Assembly: GCF_037042905.1 (NCBI RefSeq) | Contig: NC_087249.1 | Location: 6,572,001 to 6,636,000, forward strand | Length of the DNA stretch: 64,000 nt | From: Lytechinus pictus | Taxonomy: Eukaryota | Reading direction: 5' to 3' | In this document: in pieces, positions 24,201 through 39,200 of the stretch | Layout: each line of letters opens with the position of its first letter | Position numbering within the stretch: position 1 is the first letter of the stretch | Notes under the pieces: model-generated | Seen by the model: only the letters and a program-made list of their open reading frames with translations | The model's database searches: none | What the model was told of the DNA's origin: nothing | Program-made: the position numbers and the translations under genes

Positions 24201-27200
24201 ATGCTATGGATTTGGGCTATGCTCACATCTTGGCTCATGTCAATAAAGAGACGAGACAGCTTGGATGTTGTGGTCAGTGTGCTGAGTAAGGTTTACCTGT
24301 CAGTAGGTGGTTTCAAACCGCCTCGATCACAAGAATCCCCGTTAAATTACGAGAACTTTTTTAGGCTGAAAAATACCCATTAATTATTCCTGCATTCACA
24401 CCGCCCTGAAACATACCCTTCGGGATAAGTTCCTGAAGTTACGAGCATGCGCAGTATGGTCTGATAAGCAGCAAGGCGCGAAATTCAAAATCACTAGCCC
24501 AGCAGCAACACATGCACGGCGCCGCACCCAACGACACGCTGGGCTAAAAGTTCCCGTAATTTGCTTTCAGACCGCCAAAATACCCACGACCTTGGAAAAA
24601 TCCCCGCGAAAGTTCTCGTAATTTCGCCAAGTACCTACTATTTATCGGGTATTTTCTTTCGGGGATATTACGCGTAGTTTGCTTTCAGACCGCCAAAATA
24701 CCTGGTATTTTCTGATCGGGGTAAATTTCCCGATCAGAGAATACCTGGAACTGGCGAACTTCGAGGCGGTCTGAAACCACCTAGAGTCAACACGACCAGA
24801 AATCCAAGCTTGCTCAAGATTTGTTTTATTTTTTCCACACCACATCTTCTTGCTTATTAGCAATGCGACCAAGATATTGATGGGTAAAAAGAAAAATCAC
24901 CCTCCCCCAAAAATATCCCTTTTTGCTCATTCAAATGACCAATAGATGGATTGATAAAAGTGAACATCTTTTGAATACGTACAAAAGTGATGGGGTAGTT
25001 GTTTATGCATGACATCACACATCTTGGTCGCATTGCCAATTAGAGGATCTCCATTCCATTAGTGATCTCAACATTTAAATGCTCATAACTTTTGGGTAAC
25101 TGAGGAAGGCCGCAGTCAGTAGCTAAAAAATTTTAAGGCAACTCTTAGAGATTTTTTTCTCGGGTTGAGAGAAACAGATGTTTTTTTTTTCTTGCTCATA
25201 TTTTTCCTATTATTTATTCCATTTTTCTCAAAACTTGAATTGATCTATTTCTTTGACTTTTTGTTTAAATTCTAGTAATTTCAACTTTCAAGAGTTTCAT
25301 TCTCATTTTAATAGATAATTCTAAGACTAGGTATTGTGTATATACAGGAAAAAAAATAATAAGCTGTTTAAAATTGTTTAAACTTTTTAAAACTTTAAAA
25401 AAACTTTTAAAAAGTTGAAAATAACTTGTTTTAAACTTTGAACAATAGTTGTTAGAATAACTGGCTTAAAACATCTTGCTTTAAATTTGAAACAGTGTTT
25501 TTACAGTGAATTAACAGGCTGGTACATGATTGAAGGGTTCATCAGAGTAAATAAATTTCAAGAGCCTCTGCTTTGGGTGGCCTTGATCAAAGTTCTGATC
25601 AACTGATCAGGTTTTAACCAACAGGGATGTAAATGTCAGATCCTATTGCCAGTAAAACACCTCCTTGACAAGGTCAGGTTTGACTTCACCTTGCAGTTCC
25701 TAGAAATTCAGATTCACTGGAGGTGTAAATTATATGTAGATATCATCTTTCTCTTCAATATGTAATGGAAAAGGACAGAGTGGTACTATAAATGCAAAAG
25801 CATCAATTTTATAATGCAGTTGCCAAGGAGGAGAAGGAGGAATAGAAGGAGGAGAAGGAGGAGGAAGAGAAGGAGATGAAGTAGAAGAACGAGGAGAAGA
25901 AAGAGTTGGAGGAGGGGGGAAGGAGAAGGAGGAGGGGAATGGGAAGGAGGAGGAGAAGAAGGAGGAAGAGGAGAAGAAGAGGAGCAGGAGAAGAAGTAGA
26001 AGAAGAAGGAAGAGGAGGAGGATAAAAATAATGATGATGATGGAATAGAGACCTACTGAATATTGGATTAATTTTTAATCTAAGGACCACCTTTAAAATC
26101 TCAAAATATTTAAATTCTATTCTTTTAGCTGTATATATTTACATCCACAAAGTCAAAATCTAAATATGATTTTCTGCTGGTCACTTCTCATAGCTGATCT
26201 GGATTTATTTTGAATCCTTGGAATTTAGAGTGTATTTTATTGCTTTAAGTACAAACATACAGTAATTCTTATATTGCATGATTTGCTTCTGTTTACTCAG
26301 CAAAATCACTTCATGTAAAAATAAAAAAATTTCCTTACAGCTTTTGAAAATGTAGTACAAATTTGTGCAAATGAAGACTGAAAACTAAAATTTCATATTC
26401 CTTCATCTATTACCATTCTGCTCTGTTTGTGAAGCTTTAAATTCCCTAGAAAAAAAAGAAATTTCTCACCTGGTTAAGATAGAAGTATTCCTGCGGTTTA
26501 TCCAACCAGAGGGCCTGCTTCTCCGCATCACTAGCACCTTTGAGTAGGTAATAGAAGACATGGTAGTTACGCTCATGGGCCGCCTGCGACACGATGCGCG
26601 ATTTCTCCAACAAGTACTGTTCAACGATGGCACTGGATGGTGAAAACAAGCAGGCAAAACAGAAACAAATCATTGCTCCGTCGGCTGACCAGACCGTTCA
26701 ACTGAACATTCCTACATGTACATGTATACTGGCAAAGCGCTAAACAGTTAATGTGCACAAAATCAAATGAATAGTATTTTCTCTTAATGTGAAGTGAAAA
26801 AAAATGTGGGAAGAAAATCAAGATTAGAAAAGTCTACGCTTCCTGTTTTAGCTACCAAATATGGAACTGAAAAGCTTATCTGATCAAAATAGAGGTTTGG
26901 CAAAAAGTCAATGTGCCTACAGGAGTTTAATAATTTTTAATGAAGTAATAAAATATGACTAAAATGTTCTATTTTTTATATAGCATTTATGTTACATAAT
27001 CACTTGTGTCATATGCACTGTGTAACTCTTTCAATATTAACTGAAACAGATATACATGCTAATAATTTGTGAACATGAACAGGTATTCTATTCCAAAGAT
27101 CCAAAGATGACACTGAACTTTTGGTATGGAAAAGACCTGCATCATACCCATTAGGTTCGATTATCTTTTTTTTTTATATTCAAGTTATTCATTTATTCAT

Positions 27201-30200
27201 CATAAAAAATGATGTACATATTTACACACTAAAACATGTTCAATCTGTACTCCCTTCCAATATTATAAATAAAGAAAGGTAGACAACTGTTTTTCAACAA
27301 TCATCTACAAGGAAAAAAACTTTTGGAAACATGATATGTTTGATATCAATATTTTGGTACAATCCATGATTTCTTCATAATTCCCCATTGAGTTCAGTAT
27401 GTTGTAAAATGTGCCAAGATACTTAAGAATATAATAGCAAAAGAAAATGGCACAATGTCAGCATTTATCACAATAAATGAGACAATGGCGGCTTTGGGAT
27501 TACAATTCACGAAGAGACTAAAAATAGATGGATGATATTTCAATTTTCCCTTCCCTAAGATTCAATTTGTTAAAAGGAAATTACCACCCTCAGAAACATC
27601 CAACTAATGTACATTGCTGCGTCATAGTTCGTATTAATAATAATACAAAAGCACATTGTTTGTTCAAATCATGGTCTTAAATTGACAACTAAAAATAAAC
27701 ATGACCTGGGTCCTGCAGCTAAAATACAGAATAAATTGTACAATACATTGTAATAGTAAGCCTATGGCAAATTACATGTAAGAACATCAGTAAAATCTAC
27801 TGGGAGTATTTATTGCATTATTATATAAAATTAATATGGCCTTTGTTTTATTATAAGGAAATAAGTTTTTCCCGTAATACATTCTGCACTCTCCAGTGAT
27901 CATTTCCACTTTCTCACAAATTGCCACTAATTGGCAGTGGCAATATATATTCAATAATAAAAAAAAAATTGATATACAGATCTTTCATAACAGTAATAAT
28001 ATGCAACTTTTAAGCACTTCACAATGTTTTTAAGTGCTGCATTCTACTACCCCAGCTTTAAGGTCAATAATTTGGAAAATATCATTTTAATGCTTTTTAC
28101 TGCACCACCAAATCATCACAATCGATTAATCAAATTTAATCAATAATTAAATTAAAATACTAAGCATATTGTATTATAAAATACACTCTTTAACTTTTGA
28201 GTACAATGTACAGTATCTGGATATATAATATGCATGCTTTACTAAAGATGGTAAAGAATGCAATTAATTAAATGCCATAATGATTTTTTAATAATTAATG
28301 CATAATCACAATAATTCCATGAATGAAGAAAGAGAATATATTATAGTATGGCTTGAAGCTATATCATGCAGGAGAAATAACATCATGAAAATAATGTAAA
28401 TATACTTCACATTATAATATTCTAGAGCAATACCCAGCAGTATTTCCAGTCTCCACATACATGTAGAAGTACATGAGCTACATGTACATAGGTCTGTGTA
28501 TTTGTGGTTTTGCTACACTTTAGTATCAGTGTTGTCGAGCGTAATTTTCTACACCATTTGTCTAAGTACCCTTAACAATGGAGTGTTTACAAGATTTATT
28601 TTGAATGGCATTTTCCGCCCTTTAAAGAACAGGATCAATTAATCAATATAGTTTGTTGAGCCACTGGCTGGTCTCTGGTGAGAGCTATATGTATATGCAT
28701 CAGACTCTCTGTATTAATTCCTATCACACTTTGACAATGAAAATACGCTTTATCACTAATCTGAATTGATTTATGGTGTTAATAAGGTAGGGTCCCGGAG
28801 AATAAATATTGTTTGGTATATTCCTATGCATTTCAAAGTATTCATTATACTGTACATTCATTGATTAATACGGGAATAATGTAGGCTTATATCTACATGT
28901 AAAGATCTCAAAACAGACACAAATTTGAGAAGAGAAACAGCATTCATCCTGATTCGGCGAAGGCCATTCACATTTAAAGGGGAAGTCCACCATAAAAATT
29001 GTGAAATATATTTTTAATTCTCCAAGAAAATCAAACAAGCTTGACACTGAAAATTTAAACAAAATTTGACTTTTTTTCCTTTGTATTGGGGTGGATTTCC
29101 CCTTTAAACAAAAATTTTTTAAAGCAGTTTTGGCCAACATCGGCAGAATCACATTTCATAATTCTTTTTAAATCTGCATTCCAGGATGAATGCCTTTACT
29201 AATAATTTGCATGAATATCAAAATGTTTGAAACTACTGTACATAGTATGATTTAAGGGCCCTCAATCTGCGCTGACCAGTCTTTCTCCACTCAGCGGTAA
29301 AAACCATCCATAATGTGACAATCTAACACCCTCTTCGCTCTAATAAGATATTCTATAATTGGAGCAAGGTCCTTTCCTGCACTTTTTGACATGAGTGTAA
29401 TCATGTTAAGCTCGAATGTTATAATTGAGAAAGGAAGATGGGGTTTTAAACCACATGTATCAATCATTGTCAGGCTTGTTTACTGCACGGTTTTAGATTG
29501 GTCGTTTAATGAAGGTATGGTGTGATTTTGAAAGGCAAACTCCATCAATCACGTCGACAGCAAACCTTTCTTAAAGCATGCAATCAAATCAAGCATTCTC
29601 GAGTGTCGACTTCAGATTGTAAATGGATTAAAGTTTAAATAAAGCTAGACTCTCATTAGATTACATGAACATGTACCGATATCAGACAATAGAGGTTTAT
29701 TGGAAAGCTCACACTTATATTACTTGCTTTCACATAGATCTGCAAGATCACAATATTCCCTGATATTTGCTGTTCAAAGAATGAGGTTAAAATGATTTAT
29801 AAAAAGTTCTGAATTGTGACATTATAAAAGCAACTACTTTTACGACATTTAGGACATACTATGTATAATATGCATTTGATAAATTTCCATTTTTTTAATG
29901 GCTTAGTCCTGATATAACCGTAATATTAATTTGACAAATTTCCACTTTTTATGGTTTATGACTAAAATAATTCATAAAAGCAGGTGTGAAACGATGTGTA
30001 TGATGATGATATAATGGATGCACAAATAAACTCATTTTCATTTTTCTGAGAACATTTTTATACTGAATCTACATCAAGACACAGGGAGCTGCATGGATGT
30101 GAAGTCACAAAATAAAAACTTTAAAAATGCATAAACCTGTAGGCTGTAGCTCTGTTAATATTTGGCCGATTTTCACAAAAATCTTCACGTTTCCTGCTCG

Positions 30201-33200
30201 TACAGTAAAATTATTAGCATCAACTTTCCATCCGGGTGAATTTCTCCTTTAATGATTACTACATGGTACACAGTGTCGTCTGTGCCTTTGCGAAAAAGGG
30301 GGTCACGGCAAGTGTTGGCAACATACATGAGAATACACAAAAATACAATGAGAATTATGAGTTATATTCATTAATTTCATATAAAGTACTTACATATGTG
30401 GAGGTGATGGTTCGACAAATGCAGTTAAGCAATCCATCTCAAATTGGATTATAAAAGCATCAATGCATGCTATAGAAAAACATTTAATTTCAAACATACA
30501 CAGAAGATTAAACAGCATGAAGATGTAATGAACAATTTCAGTCATGTTCTTGCATTCTTCTATTAAAGCAAGCCTGAATAAATCTATTTCTATTTTTTGT
30601 AACATGGACCTAGCCATTCTCGAAGAAGTACAGTGAATTACCACATCAAATGGAAACAGCATCACTACAGATGTCAATTTTATACAAAGCAATAAGAAAA
30701 TTTTCTTTCAAATGAGTTATCTAATCATTCTGACTTAAAATGCAACTCTTAGTCCCCCCTTACTCCTTTCTTCTCACAAAATCTCCCTTCATCCTTCACC
30801 CCTCAATACCAACATGAACTAATCCTCACAAAGTAGAAAAAGCCATGCTGGTTATCATCAACATGGTGCATTCCATTCCACACACAGGGGTGTGCAGCTT
30901 ACCCATCACTCTCAACGTTATCTGTGTTTATTGAGCATCTGGAGAAAGCATAAAAATAAAACATATTCATACATGCCTACCTAAACTTGGATAAATATAA
31001 TTAAAAGACATAAAAGTTAACCTGGTTTCTAGAACAAATTATATGAAATTAATTGTTAATGGAATTTCCATAATTACATTTAATACAGTGTTACGCCACA
31101 ACTCCTAATGCATGTGATAGAAAATAAACAAACCACCAAAAGGAAGGGAGAGAGAACATTATTTACCATGTTATAGCAAATATATATTTTTATATTTCAA
31201 CATGAAGGCAAGACCAAGGGATGGTGTCAAAACCATAATTGCTTTTTTAAAAATACAACTTACATGTATCCATCTACAGTAATATTTGAACATATATAAG
31301 TGTATCTGTTTTTAAAGACATTAAAAAGAAAATTTTACAAATAAATACCAATTTCACTATGATCTAGAAGTTCCCTCATTTCTAAAAAAAATTGTGAAGG
31401 CACAAAAAATGAGCCATTTCTTCTTTTTTTCATAATAATTTTCCAGCAAGGCTCTTTTAAGTTTGAAAATGGAAACCTCCGTACCCCTCTCGAAATTGGC
31501 AACTCTCTGATCTTGGTATGATGACTGTTACATTCCAAAGTACATGTACATGACTACATGTACATGTACAACTTTTCATCATCAAATCATTCATTTCTTG
31601 AACCTAAAAAATCTTTCTCCATCACACACCTTTTTTAATACCTAGGCTACAAATTATTTAGGATAACGTGGGGGTTGAAACCACCCAATAACTCGTGTTT
31701 TAAACTAAATCATAACAGGAACGCTAATAAGAATATGCAAGAATATAATCTTTTTATAAAAAGAAAACCTTCAATCTTATTTATTTACTTCAGAATCATT
31801 TCCTTTCTTGAACCTACACATCCTTCTTCAGGACACACCCTTTCCTACAAATTACAATTATTGGGGATAACGTGGGAGTGACACCATTCAAAAAATAATG
31901 TGTTAAAATTTATTAAAACAGGGACACTTAAGATTTAAGAACATGCAAGAAAATATTTTTTATAAAAAGAACCCCCCAAAAAAAATCATAACCCTTTTTA
32001 TTCTATGGAGATAACATTTGAAATCCTTTTGAGATCACACACAAAAATTAAATCATACATAATGAAAGAGCATGAAGATGGATAATGAGTATACTTTTAA
32101 AGTATTTCAATGGGAGGGGGGGTGAACTTCATGTCTTGATGAAAATCAAAATGGCTTGTTACTGTTTGTAGGTGCAACCACAATTCAAGAAAAAAATATA
32201 TTTTCATAATATTAAAATTGAAAAAATTAGTATTTTGCTCCAAAATAAAAAAATATATTGAGAGTAGATGGAGGAAAGCACAAAGGTTTACTACTTTCAT
32301 TTGATTTTTACATGCTTGTTAATCAACAGAACTAAATGTATCTCAGCTTTTTTTTCTAACAGCATGGATTAGTGTCCAACACATATTGCAGACATACAAA
32401 AATTTCAGCCTAGAAAATACTACATGTACATGCAGAATGCCTCATATTTTTAAAATGTATGAAGTTAGGCCCCCCCCCCCCATGACTTCATGTATTAGTA
32501 ACGTACAAGTTCTTCAAACCAAAGAATCTTTTGTCACGGTTGTTAGTGAAGACGTACACTGTAATTGATGGCAAATTGGCAACAGTGACTGATAAGACTA
32601 CACGTTACATATAATTTCGCACAAATCAAAACTTAAACATAGAAGGGAGAAAAATTGGAAGAAAAAAATGCATCACTAAAATATATTGTAAACTCTAAGA
32701 TCACAGATCTAAATGTATGCATTTATTAAAGGACAAGTCCACCCTGACGAAAAGTTGATCAGATTTGAATAAAAAGAGAAAATTCCACCGAGCATAACAC
32801 TGAAAATTTCATCAAAATCGGATGTAAAATAAGAAAGTTATGACATTTTAAAGTTTTGCTTAATTTCACAAAACAGTTCTATGCACATCCTGGTCGGTAT
32901 GCAAATGAGGGGACTGATGACATCACTCACTCACTATTTCTTTTGTATTTCATTATATGAAATATGATTTATTCCCATTTTCTCCTCATTGTCCTTGCAA
33001 TAAAGTTTCATTCCTCCCTGAATATGTGGAATTACTATCGCCTTAACATTTTATGGTTCAGTCAAGTTGGTCCTTATTGTCAATTCTGTAAAAAGTGAAA
33101 TATTCTATATTTCAAACAATAAAAAACAAAAGAAATAGTGAGTGAGGGACATCATCGACTCTCTCATTTGCATGTCATTGAGTTGTGCATATATAACTGT

Positions 33201-36200
33201 TTTGTGAAAAATAAGCAAAATTCTAAAATGTCATAACTTCCTTAGTTTACATCCGATTTTGATGAAATTTTCAGCAATATGCTAGTTTGATTTTTCTCTA
33301 TTTATTAAAATCAACATTTTTCTGAGGTGGACTTGACCTTTAATAAATGTTTCTGAATAAAATGAAGACAAGAGTCAATTATACATTCAACACAAATCTC
33401 ACAAAAAGTACATTAAGCCCATTTACACTCATTCCACAACTCTTTCTTTTCTTTGAACAGCTCAATTTACGCTTGTAAGCATGAATAGAGTATATCTCTT
33501 TTGTTTTTTTATTACGTTTTAAATTTGTTTTTTTTCTCCTATCAATAAATAAAGAATAAAAGATATTCATTTTACATATAATATCAGCTTTCTGCCAACA
33601 GTTTCGTCCATTAATCAGAACATCCTGGAATAATGTTACTTCTCAAATTTGATTAGCATTTGTGGTTGTCAAAGAAAAGATTTCAACTATGTTCTGTACA
33701 GTTCTATGTAAAAAATTGCTACACAAGTGAAATTTTGTGTAGCGGCCATAAAATTATATGGAGCAAATTGCGATGCGATACCAGGAAATGTATTCCCTGA
33801 CATCTCCATGGAAGTTAAATTCTTGGCATTTGCTTCAGTGAAAATTTGTCTTATACACAGATCTATGGAAACTCTGCAAGTCAACACCTAACGCACATCT
33901 GAGCATTAAATCCTAATAACTTATTCTACAATTCTTCTGTAACATTAACACTATCACAATCTCAACACTGGAGATTCTTTTGCATCCGTTGCAGCAGAAC
34001 CAAATACTAGGGCCAGTATTCAATACGATACTTAAGCCAGATTTTAAGTATTTTACTAAGCATTTTGCATATTTTGAAATACTTAAATCCATTTTTGGCA
34101 TTAACTTGCATTTTGTATTGTATTGTGATAAGATTTAAGTCAGCCACCTACCTGGCTTAAGTCTGGCTTGCGCGCAGTTTACAAACTTATACACGCAGTC
34201 ATACATAATGCGCACAGATGAATACATACGTTGCACATTATTTGGTTTTAAACTTTATTATGATTTAACAATGGTTGTTACATGTAGTAGGCTACATGTA
34301 AGTATTTTGCTTAAATTTGACTTGATAAAGTAAAATACTTAGATGTAATCTGAATAGGAGTTTAAGAATTTTGCTTAACCAAGTACTCAATCAATTCTTT
34401 CAACTGAATACCAGCCCAGGTTACCATCTAAGTCACTTTAATAATGATACATTGTACATGTAGAACTTTCATGAATTAAAACATTTTTACAAACATATTT
34501 TTTTAAGCAAGTTAAACTCATATTAGCTTGGATTTCTTTCTCAGTGTAAATGGACATATTCTCTCCAGAACATATATGCACATGAATTAACCACAAATTG
34601 ATAAAGCTCTCTTTCCTGTAAAATTGTAAAATGTGATTAAATGTAGAAAAGGACATGGATTGAAGTGGATGTAATTAAATGATTGCAGCTAAAACAAAAC
34701 TAACAAAAAATACTTGTTATTAAAGTTTGTAATTAACATGATATGCAATCTACATGTACCTGTAAAATAAATCTCATTTTCTATCCATGAAAAAACGTAA
34801 GTGTCTGTAATAAAGTCAAATAAGTTATTAAAACCAATAAACAAAATGGCCCTGTATGTATTTGACTATAAAAAAAAATTAAATTGTTAAATTTGTGCTT
34901 CTCACAAGAGAAATCGTGAATAATAGTCAAATTTGAATAGTTTGCAAAATGCAAATCATACACCTACTTTTTCAGCCTCAGATGGATTTCAAAATGATGT
35001 AATCATGGATGCTTTTCAACATTAAAGTTTATTGGGAGGAAAGGACATACATGTATACAGTACGGTACATACATGTAAAGCATATTAATCAACAATGCAT
35101 GCAGAATGTTCGAAATGCACAACATAACATATATATAGTAAAATCAATGAAAACTCTATCTTACCCATGAACTGTGCCATTTTCCCTGTAGTTGATTTGG
35201 ATGAATTTCCCAAAGCGACTACTGTTGTTGTTTACTACTGTTTTTGCATTCCCAAATGCCTGGTGATCAAAGAGAAATAAACATGTTACATGTATATTTT
35301 CAAAACATTCATGAATTCAATAAAAACATGTTACATTTTTAAAAGTAATTTATTAATACAACTGCAGATTAAGTCCTTCTTTGTTTACTACATAACTGTA
35401 ATCCATTATTTCAATAGAAAGTCTGACTTAAGGGGGCAGCCTTAAGGGGGCACAAATAAAAAGCAAAAAGTGAGGAAAAAATAGAGAATAATGGAAGAAA
35501 GACTAAAAAACTTACAAAATTACCCTTAAATACAACCATGAAGCTTAATATCAGAGTTGACAATTGAAAGAGATATGATTTCAGCGTATAGTTGCTTGAC
35601 TAAATACACGGACATGTACAGTGAGTCTATGAATGTATGCATTTGATACATCAATATAAACAAGTGCAAATTATTTTATTTCATTTTCAACAGAACCAAA
35701 AAAAAGTATGCTCAATACATGCATATGTACTGTATAAAGAGAGAGAAAAAAAGGTAAGATTACCTGGAGTTGTACATACTCCAAGGGGGTGGTTTCAGTA
35801 ATAAGAAATTACATGTACAGTACTTCCACAGCTTCTACCCCTACATGTATGTAAATTTCTTCTTTTGGGGGAGGGGCTGGTTGAAACTACATGCAATTGC
35901 ATAGTAAAATGCAATACAATACAAATTTACTCTCAAATCGATTTCTGTGTGAAAAAGTAAAATGTTTTTATCATAATCAAACATGTATGCTTTATCTCCT
36001 CTCAGTAGCTACATGTACAAACATCCCAAATACTTCAAATTTGTATCTTAAATGTCTATCCCCATCAAAACAAGCAAAAACATCCACCCACTACACAATT
36101 TCTTCAATTCCTTTTCCTTTTTCCCCTCTCTCCTCCCTCCCCATGCTAATTCAGGCCAAGTTTAGCGAGGGCAGAAATAGAATGAATGCACACGAAAATG

Positions 36201-39200
36201 AGATGAGATGCTTTACTGTACAAGTAGCCTTGGAGAAAATAAGTGAATTTGAGTCCATTTTCTCAAAATAGTCGCACAGTGACGACAGCAATGCTACCTG
36301 AGTATGCACAACAATATCTCCACCAGGAATAGCCACTTCTCTCTACCCTATTTCGGGCAATTCCTACCCTCATCTCATAATAAAACACTTCTTATTGGAT
36401 GATAATACCGATCAAATAATTTGTTTGTGTCTTAGCCAGAGTCCCATTCTCGAAAGAATATTTTGTTCGCAATTTTCTGATAAATTAGGGATTGGCAGTG
36501 TTTGCCAGTAGAGAGGAACATTTATCACAGCATAAAAACTTTAAAAGCCAGGGAGAACTGACTTATGTTTTATTGCATGCCGTAAGCCAATCCAACAAAA
36601 GGATATTGATAAATTGGGCAGAAATTCAGGACATTCTTCCAATTTAAATAATTGACGAATGCCAATAACGGCCGCATTAATGTGAACTGCCAGCCCGGAT
36701 CCCTAATTAATTGAATACTCCCGTTATAAATATGTCAACTTCGAGGTAAAAGTACATGTACATAATGTAAATACCAGCTCATGCATGTATTGTACAAGCA
36801 TGACATTCACATTGCTTTTAACATGATTGAATAGACAATGAAATGATGAGGAAGAATATGCATGTTTATTTTTTTAAAAGGTTGCTATAAAAACATAAAA
36901 ACAAGTACCAAATATAAACCAAAACATCACTATTTCAATATTATGTCAAGTCAATTTCAATTTTAATGAGAATCTATCACTTCAATTGCCAATGATGACA
37001 GGCCCTACAGTTATCCATCGGTAAGAAAATCTATGATATTGAAAACACAAGTTTTATAAGATCAATCGTTAATCTTGCAAGTCAACAACTTTTTCAATAC
37101 CTATGCAGCTGACCAGAGAATGTGATATTCTTGATTTTGAGTAAATTCATTTTTGTCACAGTACTATTGTAATTTCTATAATTTGCCAAAATTAGTTCTT
37201 AAGAAAATAATGATTCACCAGATATCATACTTGCTTTCATAAAACCCTTCCTCTCAAATCAAGCTGGTGGACATGTACATGTATCAAACTAGTAAGTACT
37301 ATGCTGTGAGGCATCATGGTCTAGTGGTTATGACTCTCTTTCAATCTCAGGGATATGGGTTCGATTCCCAGCCATGGCGTGTTTTCCTTCAGCAAGAAAT
37401 TTATCCACATTGTGCTGCACTCAACCCAGGTGAGGTGAATGGGTATCCGGTAGGAAGAAATTCCTTGAATGCTCGAGTACCTACATTATATAGGCAGCGC
37501 AGCTTCATGCAAATCCCAGGTAATATTATCGCTTTGTATCCTCAGGCAAAAAGCACTTTATACATGTAAATCCAGCTATTATCATTATTATTATAGAAAA
37601 GAGAATACCTATTAAAATACATTTCTACCATGCATGTTCTATATCATTATAAAAATCCAATCATCAAATAGTTCCCAGAGAGCAATAATATTGAGTGATT
37701 ACCCATAATTCCCTATTCTAATAGGGGATCAGGAGTGCATCATTTATCATTTCCAGGATAGGGGGTACAGACAATGAAATAAACTGTTTATGTATGAGTC
37801 ACCAACATAAATGTTCCCTCCCGATCCATTAACTCGAGCTGTGTTCATACATTTTTTTTTACTCTATCTTTTCTATTGAAGTTTGGTTTGGTTTAGTTTG
37901 GTTTTATTTACCGTATAAAAATCACAATAAAATACATTTCACAAGATATTAGATTAAAGTGAAATCACTAGCACTAGACTAGCATATTAAGCATACTCGT
38001 TATCTTGAATATTTATAGAACACCACCCGACATCGATGAATTATGGTTATTAAATATTCATTTTAAAAATCACAGTATATTCCAGTGAATGACTGCATCT
38101 GTCTTTCCCCTGAATATAGGAATCATAAATTACTTTGTTTGTGCCCGTTGAGTGATGAATAATTATTTTTGTAAACTTTTCTGATGTTCTTCACACAAAT
38201 CTTACTGAAATATGATTTAAATATTTCTTTTAAATGTTACAATTCTGGGAAGCAAAAAATCAAAAGCTTAAATTTAACGCTATATGAATACATATTGCTC
38301 TTCCAGTGTATGTTTACTTTGTATACTGCCTTTAAAAACTTGTGTTTTGATGGTCAAAAGAGTACTGTCACAGAGGTCGTTATTTCACTAGTTTCACGAT
38401 TGTAAAAAATGTTGATAAATCAAGAGAGTTAATTATGTATTGCGCAAACCCAGGTTTGCTTTGGTATATGCAATACCATTTACATGCTATTCAAGCTAGG
38501 CCTAATTTTAAAAAAGAGCCCTACTTGCACATGTTCCATAACCCAATGTCAATCCCTAACTCCAGCTCATGGGAATGGGGTTTCTTGAATTTCAAGATAA
38601 ATCTCAATTGAGTTAATTGGGCTGGGGACCTTTTCATCAACATATTTGTCTGAGAAGTTGTCAGACCCGACATATCTTGTTTGGCTGAGAGGCACTTTTA
38701 CTATGGAACTGTCAGATAAAACTGGACTTGTCAGATAAAACATCCATCGAGTAATTTCATGAAATGCTCCCCTGATCCTAAGAATCTTGCATTGAGCAAA
38801 TTGGCGCTGGGATCGGCCTATATGCTAGAAGACATGAAATATTCATATAGGGCACAATGCTTCTAAGCGCTTGATTTAATTACCTCGGCTTTAGCACAGC
38901 TACCCCGATCGGACGCTCAAGCATTCAAGGAATTTCTTCCTACTGGGTACCCATTTACTACAGCGGGTGAAGAGTGGCAAATGCAGATAAACACCCTTGC
39001 CATAGGACAAGAGTGCTGCGGTGGGATTCAAACCCCAGACCTTGAGGTTCAAAGTCAGGAGACTTATCCACTGAGCCACATTTACCTGCCCTTAGATTTC
39101 AATCATTCACAACACAATATAAAGGTAATGAGTAATTTGGTATACCTCAAGCACTGGGCCTGCTCCTAAAAGAGTCTGTTCTACACCACTGGCAAATCCT

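Noticed and set aside
25809-26090. Leu/Ser-rich membrane-like ORF
   Set aside because: Reverse translation of a purine low-complexity tract
37308-37380. tRNA gene (also 39020-39079 and 7995-8030)
   Set aside because: A and B boxes are present but the cloverleaf is broken and runs into SINE body sequence
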